Part shown: piece after piece, positions 56,538 to 64,000 of the stretch
Numbering within the stretch: the stretch's first letter is position 1
How the letters are laid out: every line of letters begins with the position of its first letter
Origin: the human T2T-CHM13v2.0 reference genome, Homo sapiens
Assembly: GCA_009914755.4 (NCBI GenBank)
Contig: CP068257.2
Span: 14,144,001 to 14,208,000, forward strand
Reading direction: 5' to 3'
Length of the DNA: 64,000 bases
The notes under the pieces: generated by a model
Seen by the model: only the letters and a program-made list of their open reading frames with translations
What the model was told of the DNA's origin: nothing
Database searches by the model: none
Position numbers and translations under genes: made by a program

Positions 56538-57494
56538 GGTTGAATTACTAGCTTAAAAGGTAAAGGCACATTAATGTGGCCGTGGACTTAGATAGCTTTT
56601 TTGTCACCCTTCTTATGAGACCACTTTTTAAGAAGTCATATAATTAATGGATTTCAGGCAAGTCATAAAAATCTTCGTATTTTAATTATTTTTGCAGCAT
56701 ATTAACTGAGAAACTTATTTTTAACTCTTTTCAAGTTTAGCCTTTGTTAATGTATTCATATAAGACCTGAAAACAATAGAAAAAGATAAATAAACATGTA
56801 TTTTACTCTAGTGAGCCCTTAAATTCTTTACATGGAAAATTTTTATGGTACTTTGGGATATCTAAATTTGGCAAATGATACTACAGAATTATTATATGTG
56901 GCAAAGTTTCTTCCCCCTTTCAGCTTTTACCCATGTATTTAATCAGCATTATGCTGTTGAAATTCTTCAATAGTAACTGAAAAGGTTTATAAAACATTTA
57001 TGTTCCCTAAGTGCAATTTTTTTCCCCCAAAGGGAATCTGTTTTGTAAGGATTAATATTCTAAGTGATAACCATTTGCTTCAAATTTATATTTTCTTTTC
57101 CTAAGATAGAATTGTTTTGGATTGGTTTGCTAGTGAGAAATCATCACCACAAACTCCGAACAGATTTCTGAATTTACCTGTTTATATTTCACTCTTGTGT
57201 ACAGAGACCTAGCACAGTTCGTCTCTTATATGCTAGAAAGATTAAAAATCCTTAATTAAATGTCATGGACCAAGCACATCTCTGTAGAATGTGTGTGATA
57301 GTAGTATTAGGTTAAAATTATTCAAATATAAACAATTTAAAGTAGCACAACAAAGTAGTACAATGACTCATAGCTGTCATTTTATAGAACAGCCGTTACA
57401 TACCTGGTGTTGGCTTAGCTGCATATTATCTCTCATGATCATGATACCTGTTCATGCTGATCATTTCCTGTTGAAAAGTTGTGGATTTTGATAA

Positions 57495-57870
<376 letters not shown>

Positions 57871-59063
57871 TGTTTATTTTAAAAGGGGCAGTACCAGTTG
57901 CAGCTATTGGTTTTGTTTTGTTTTATTGTTCAGTTAAACTCTTTTTCTATATATGCTTCCAGGAAGCCAGGAAATGTTCACATTGCTAAAATTTACCCAT
58001 ATTTCTAATGGAAATGAAACCTCTTTAATTGCTGTTATAAAAATGTTTTTTGTAATATCAAAACAAAAGTTTATCTTTGTGTATGAAAACTTATGCAATT
58101 CAGTTACTTAAGTTGTTTTCAAGCACCTTCAGTACTTTTGGCTTTTTTAATAGGTAAATAGTGGATATGCTAGTTATAAATATGTTGAATAAGATAAATA
58201 AGTATGTAAACATCTGTATGGTATTTTGAATGAATCATATTAGTGTCATGAAGTTTTGAATGAAATTTTCTGAATTTTACACTGACTTCTGTATTAGTGT
58301 AGATTACTGAAATACATAGAATTTGTTAACAATAAAAAGAAAAAAAGGAATAAATCTGATTGAGTTGTTAAAAATGGGTATCAGCTTCCAACAGCTTTTT
58401 CTTATTTTCAGCAGGTGTTTGTTGAACACTTAAGATATAAATATACTGGAGCCTCATAGGCTGTATATAATAAGTTAAACAAAATAGAATATGGATATTA
58501 ACTGGATACACAATTGATTACCAAAAACAATAGAAGGATAAAATTATAAGGAAAAAAACCCTACAAATTCTGATGAGTTTAGAGGAGGTCATATCTTATT
58601 TTGGTTGAGATATCAAGAAAGGTTTTTGGGAGCTATTGGACTTTTTAAAAAATTGTCAGCTATACAGACAATAATAGAAAATACAACTCCACTATTTTTT
58701 ATCTTAAGTACTTAAAGTTCTAAATACTTTCAGGGAAAAATGTAATGATATTGGTAATACCCAGTTTGAGGATGTAAAGGGAAAACTGCAGATTTTGTAT
58801 TACTACTTGATGAATGCATTTGCTTCTGATGTTCAGTTTTAAGTGGTTTCATTTGATACCAAGTCAATGCAGGTATTTTTAAAAGATTTAAGAGTATGTG
58901 CTTAAACAGTTTAATAGTGCATGTGCGTTGGAACTTTTAAAAATAAGTCATATGGATACAGGGCTGCTGCTTAGGGATGTGCAGGTTATACAGTTGTGCA
59001 AGGATGCCATTGTTCTCCACTGTTCTCTTTTCTAATGTTTATATTAATGATTTCCTTCTGCAG

Positions 59064-59177
59064 AAACCTGAAAATACTACAAGCCAACCACTTTCTAATC
59101 AGCGAGTTGTAGAGGTGGCGATCCCTCATGTAGGGAAATTTATGATTGAATCAAAGGAGGGGGGGTATGATGACGAG
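59064..59177 (+). CDS. USP25: USP25 alternative exon 19a, included in muscle isoform USP25m: KPENTTSQPLSNQRVVEVAIPHVGKFMIESKEGGYDDE
   Basis: Acceptor tttccttctgcag|AAA and donor GAG|gtacct. 114 nt (38 codons), phase 0 to 0. The peptide matches the insert I recall for USP25m. Confidence 0.8.
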
Positions 59178-61177
59178 GTACCTTTTACAGCCCTCTGCAC
59201 CATTGCTACTTAACTTTTGCTATTTAATACAAATACTTTGGGCATGCCTGCACCCTCATACTTAATGTCTATTGCCACATAACATACAGCTTTGCCCCCT
59301 CATAGTCCAAAATTACTTTACCAATTATTAACAGAACTTTGAATTTCAAATGAAAATTTAAGTAGAAAACTTATGGAATTTGTCAAAAGAATTTTCTGTT
59401 TGTGGAGTTAATTCTTTTATGCAGAAATAGTACCAGTTTACTTCCAGGTTGGCAGATTACAATAAGATTTGTTTAATTAGTACAAAAATTTTTTGCATTT
59501 AAAAATAATTTTTTATATTCCATTCTTGTTTTACTGGAATTACTTATAATCCTTTTCCCACTATCTCCTGCCAGAAAATCCCACAGCATGATTGCAGGAT
59601 GGATAATTGATATTTTTGCTTCTACAGCCTCTCCATGTGACTGTGAGTGGAGTAAGTCATCACCGTTACTGAGTGCCTACCGTTAATAGGACCTCCATGT
59701 TTATTCTTATCTCTTCACTGTTAATTCTCATTTACTTAGTTTTCCAACAGTATGGAGGCATTTTTGTTTTTCATGATTTAGTTCTTTGGAATCCAGATGA
59801 AAATGATCTATTGTCTTATTCTATCAGATGATTTTCTCCCCTTTTCCACTTTTCTCTTGAGACACTTAATATTACTCTTTTTGAGGAACGGCCAGTAAAG
59901 CTGTTTTTGAACAGGAACACAGAGGAGGCCGTAACTATTGGGTAGTGGGGGAGGGGGGTGATTTGGAAAAATGCTTGTTGGATTCTAGTTTTTGTGGGTT
60001 TGTATAAGAATTGCATTTATGTTAAGTTTTTTTTCACGTAACTTTTTTTCTGACTTACTCCAATGTTACTATCATGCTAGAGTTAATCACCAAAGTCAGA
60101 AGTGTCATAAAGACATATCACTGTACCAGTGTAAGAAATCACACGCCATAAAGAGAATAAGCAGATTTGTGAGATAAACTGGTCAGAGAGTTTTCTCAAG
60201 CAGGTGTTAGATATATTGCAATTCTCAGTATATAATCCAAAGTAAATACAATGAGTAATAGGTTCAGTGAATCAGAGGTGACGGAGGCAATCTCTTGATT
60301 TCTGTAAGATAGCTTCATAGGGCTTTGAGTAATTTCACTTTGCAGATATTTTAAAATGTAAACAGCTAAAAATAATAAGCTATTATGAAAACAAAAAAAA
60401 TGCTTAAGTATTTGTACTTAATGGCTCTACATTGTTCTAGTTAACTATTTTATAAACATGCTGGCTCTTGAAAATTATGGGAACTGGCATGTTTTTAATA
60501 AACCTATCAATTTATTGATTAAGCAGTTAAGTACTTGTTTTAGGATGTGCCCTCTCTCATTTAAAAAAGTTGAATTGTGATTAATCATTTAACACTATCT
60601 TTTTTGCAAGTGCTTATGTGACAGAGTTGTGTGTTTTGTCGTTTTTTAAAATTTATTGCAGTGACAGTTTAACAGTGCATGTGCATTGGAACTTTTAAAA
60701 ATGAGTTGTTATGGATACAGGGCTGCTGTTCAGGGATGTGCAGGTTGTACAGTTCTGCAAGGATGACTAGACAAGGGGCAGAAGTGGGAAGCAAATTGAG
60801 TTCATGATGAGCTCTCTGAGGCTTGAGGAAGAGGTACCTTTTTTAATTGGTAAAAAGGGATGTTGCTTTTTCTAAATAGTTCACTCAGAGGATAGCACAT
60901 TTTTCTAATTTGTTTGTCTAGAAGCAGGGTGCCTTTTTCAAATTCTCCAATTCAGAGAGGATGCCTTTTTGCAGTTTGCACAAAGGCTCCGTATGAGCCA
61001 GCTGTGCCCTGTATGGATGATCTTAAAAGGTGCTTACATGCATATTGGATTAAATTTGGTATTAAAAGTGCAACATTTGATTTATAAATATGGAAAACAA
61101 AAGAGTTTCAGCTTGCATGTGAATAAATTATTTTAGTTTAAAAACCTTTTTTTAATGTTAACTATCTTCTGTGGCAG

Positions 61178-61273
61178 ATCATGATGACACCGAACATGCA
61201 AGGTATTATCATGGCGATAGGTAAATCCAGGAGTGTATATGACAGGTGTGGCCCTGAAGCAGGGTTCTTTAAG
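61178..61273 (+). CDS. USP25: USP25 alternative exon 19b, recalled as in USP25b and USP25m: IMMTPNMQGIIMAIGKSRSVYDRCGPEAGFFK
   Basis: Acceptor ctatcttctgtggcag|ATC (purine-interrupted pyrimidine tract) and donor AAG|gtacaa. 96 nt (32 codons), phase 0 to 0. Confidence 0.8.
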
Positions 61274-62902
61274 GTACAATGAACATTTTCATTTTCGTGT
61301 CTTTTCTTTTTCAAAATTAAACTTCTTAAAATATTTTATTTCTTTGAATTCAGTTTGGTTTTCTGTATAATTTCTCTTTTCCTATCTTAGTTATGGCCAC
61401 CGGATATCCTAGGGTTTTATTTTATGTATTAATTAACCTAATACTGATTGTTTTTCTCTTAATCCAGGTAATTCAAGAAAAAAATCTTTTTATTTGAGTC
61501 ACTCTAATAGTGTGCTTTTGATTTGTCAGCAGAAATTTGAATTGTATTTTTTATTTGAAGGGAATGAGGACATTAATGAACAATAATAAGAACTGAGTAA
61601 ATTGCCCTGGTAATAGTTTATTTTATCTTCATTGTTCATATTATTGGTCAATATCATAATATTCTTTAATTTTATTATCATTAGGTACTAAATTGCTTTT
61701 TCGTTTATAAAATGATTTATTTATTATATTATTTTTGTTATGTTTCCCCATAATTAATTTTTGATAACCTAGTCAGTTCAAGACATGTGAGAACATCAAG
61801 CTGAACACGATTCCATGATTTACCCACATCTTTTTCCCTCTAATATCAGAGCTTTACAATGTTTTGATTACAATTTTTTCCTTTTACAGATTTGAAAGAT
61901 GAAAATACCATGTATGTTTTGTCATTTTATTTACATTAACTGAAAATCTTCAAGTTTTTTTTTTTTTCACTCTTTTCAAACCCTTCTTAGTGGTTTTAAA
62001 AAGCAGCTTTTTTGAGGTCCAGTTTGCTACAGTGAACTATGCATTTCTTTCTTTTTGACATTAAAAATCTAACATTTTTCATTTTCTGTATTTTGCCATT
62101 ATCCAACTTGGTCTTTCAAAAACTGGTTCTTTTTTCACTGTTTCTTTCAGTATACAGTACAAAACAAAAGCCTTGTACATAGTAGTAGACCTATCAATAA
62201 GCATTTTTGAGTTTGCTAAGATTAGGGTGACTAACTCTCCTGATATGCCCGGGACTGAGGGATTTCCTGGACTACAGGATTTAAAGTGCTAAACTGGGAA
62301 AGTTCTAAGCAAACTGGTCCCAGGACAAGTTGATCACCCTATTATGATCCCATAAGAAAGGTTGAAAATCTACTTCTAAAAAAAGAAGAAAAATGTATTT
62401 TTTATAGTTTTCTGTTTTAATACATTTCTTTATAGTTTCTAGGTTTCTAACTGGCTTCCTAATTTTTACCATTAGAAATTCCTTCTTATGCCCAGATAGT
62501 CTACATTTTCTTTTCTTAAAAAAAAAACACTGAATATATGTCCTCTAAAGTATTTATTTCTTGTGGAAAAGTTATTTATGATTTACAGTGCCATTGTCAT
62601 TTCTGACCAGATTGGGTCTTCTTATGTTGAATTGCAAATCTCATTTTTATTAAGTTAATATCTGCATATAAATAATCACCTAATTGTATATATTACAACA
62701 GTTAGTAAGCCCCCAGTGGATAATGACTTTCAGTTATTTAATCTGTTTGGCATTAATTCATATCTTTAAATAGAATATTTGGGTTTTTTATTCACAGTTT
62801 ACACATTACCTGTTGAATTTGCTTCTGTGGAATATGAATGATGAGCTCTCTTTCTTTTCCTGCGTCGCATACATACACTGAGAGACACAGCTCCTATCCC
62901 CC

Positions 62903-62929
62903 ATACACACACACACACACACACACACG
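62903..62929. repeat. (CA)n microsatellite
   Basis: acacacacacacacacacacacacac. Confidence 0.95.
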
Positions 62930-63734
62930 TAAAATCTTGTAATTTTGATTATATCAGAATTCTGCATTTGTAATATTATTATGTATGCTATATGTGATTG
63001 AGTTATATTATAAATATTACTACTTTCTGTTTTTCCCTTAACTTTTGTTTTCCTTAAACTTAGTTGTTTTGTTTTTTGGTTTGCTTAGTTTATGTGTATT
63101 ACTGATTTAGTTCAAAGCTGTCCACTGCTTGTTTAAATCTCCTCTCATTCTGCCTTTACCAGTTTTATCTTCTTGGGACATCTATTCTGGAGCTTTATGA
63201 CCTGCCCCAATCTGTATTGGTTTTTCTTTTCTCCTGATCCATAACTAGTAACTTGAGATCTCCTTTCACCATCATTCTGGGGATTCCCTTTGCATCCTTT
63301 CCTTTGTGTATTTTCCATATTTCATATATTTTTCTTTATTGGTTTGCTCTATGATTTTGATAGTACAGCAAGAAAGCATGGGCAAGAATCAAGTTTGTGG
63401 AAGAGGGACAGAGCATTTTCTTAAATAAGTTATGTTATATTGCAACTCTCAGCACATAATCTAAATAAATACTGTGGTTAATAAACTTCAGTGAATCTGA
63501 GGTAAAAGTTTTCAAGTTGCTTTGGAGATTGAGTCGAATTTGACGTTTTACTCATAGCATAAGGAAACTGTGCTCTTTGTCAGATGTTAAAAATAATTAC
63601 TACAGAATTTCTATTTCACTAACCATTCTCCTTACTATCATCATACTCCCTTTCTTGCTTTTTTTTTTCTGCTGGAAAAACACTTACAAGAATAGTGGGA
63701 ATGTACATTAGGAAGGAAGTAGTTTATATGTTGA

Positions 63735-63950
63735 TATTAGCAGCCAGACTGCCTGGGCCGACTGCTTTCTAGCTTTGATTTTGGGCAAATTATTCAATCT
63801 TTGTATCTCAGTTTCCCGAGGTGTTAAATAACTATTTATTTTATTGAGTCATTGTGAGCTTTAAATAAATTGTATCAATGTTACGCTTTTAAAGTAGTAT
63901 CTGGTTGATAGTAAATGCTCAGAATTTAGCTGTTATTGTTGTTAGTATTA
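63735..63950 (+). mobile_element. MIR SINE
   Basis: cagccagactgcctgggccgactgctttctagctttgattttgggcaaattattcaatctttgtatctcagtttcccgagg... matches the MIR core and 3' region. Confidence 0.6.
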
Positions 63951-64000
63951 TCACGAAGCTTATCTTATGTGTCCAGTTCTGGTCCACATATAGTCGGAGA

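Overview
This window is primate, most likely human, nuclear DNA. It is not prokaryotic: it contains eight Alu SINEs, L1 and MaLR/THE1 retroelements, MIR fragments, a Tigger-type DNA-transposon MITE and (GT)n microsatellites. On the + strand it carries a run of 16 short coding exons separated by long introns. All splice sites are canonical GT-AG and the reading frame is continuous across every junction. Translated in order, the exons give ...[192 protein letters not shown]...[12 protein letters not shown]...LYLDR|YMHRN...[20 protein letters not shown]...[16 protein letters not shown]...[57 protein letters not shown]...[25 protein letters not shown]...[19 protein letters not shown]...PETVLQS|KPENTTSQPLSNQRVVEVAIPHVGKFMIESKEGGYDDE|IMMTPNMQGIIMAIGKSRSVYDRCGPEAGFFK. 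I recognise this as ubiquitin-specific peptidase 25 (USP25). It covers the Cys-box through the His-box of the USP catalytic domain, followed by the two muscle-specific alternative exons 19a and 19b of isoform USP25m. The assignment to USP25 rather than its paralogue USP28 rests on the [15 protein letters not shown] motif and on the 19a/19b sequences. Both ends of the gene lie outside the window. Exon numbers are inferred by counting back from 19a/19b; amino-acid positions assume the catalytic Cys is residue 178. The rest of the window is intronic and dominated by interspersed repeats. There is no novel gene system here. The observations worth a second look are structural: (1) a ~125-bp block ending exactly at the exon-11 acceptor AG is duplicated at ~91% identity 2.9 kb upstream inside a full-length THE1-class MaLR element, creating a decoy 3' splice site; (2) that element's 5' LTR carries a perfect 29-bp inverted duplication within a ~160-bp palindrome; (3) an 82-bp x ~12 intronic minisatellite; (4) several small tandem and dispersed duplications. 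All repeat-family names come from my memory of consensus sequences, not from a database search.
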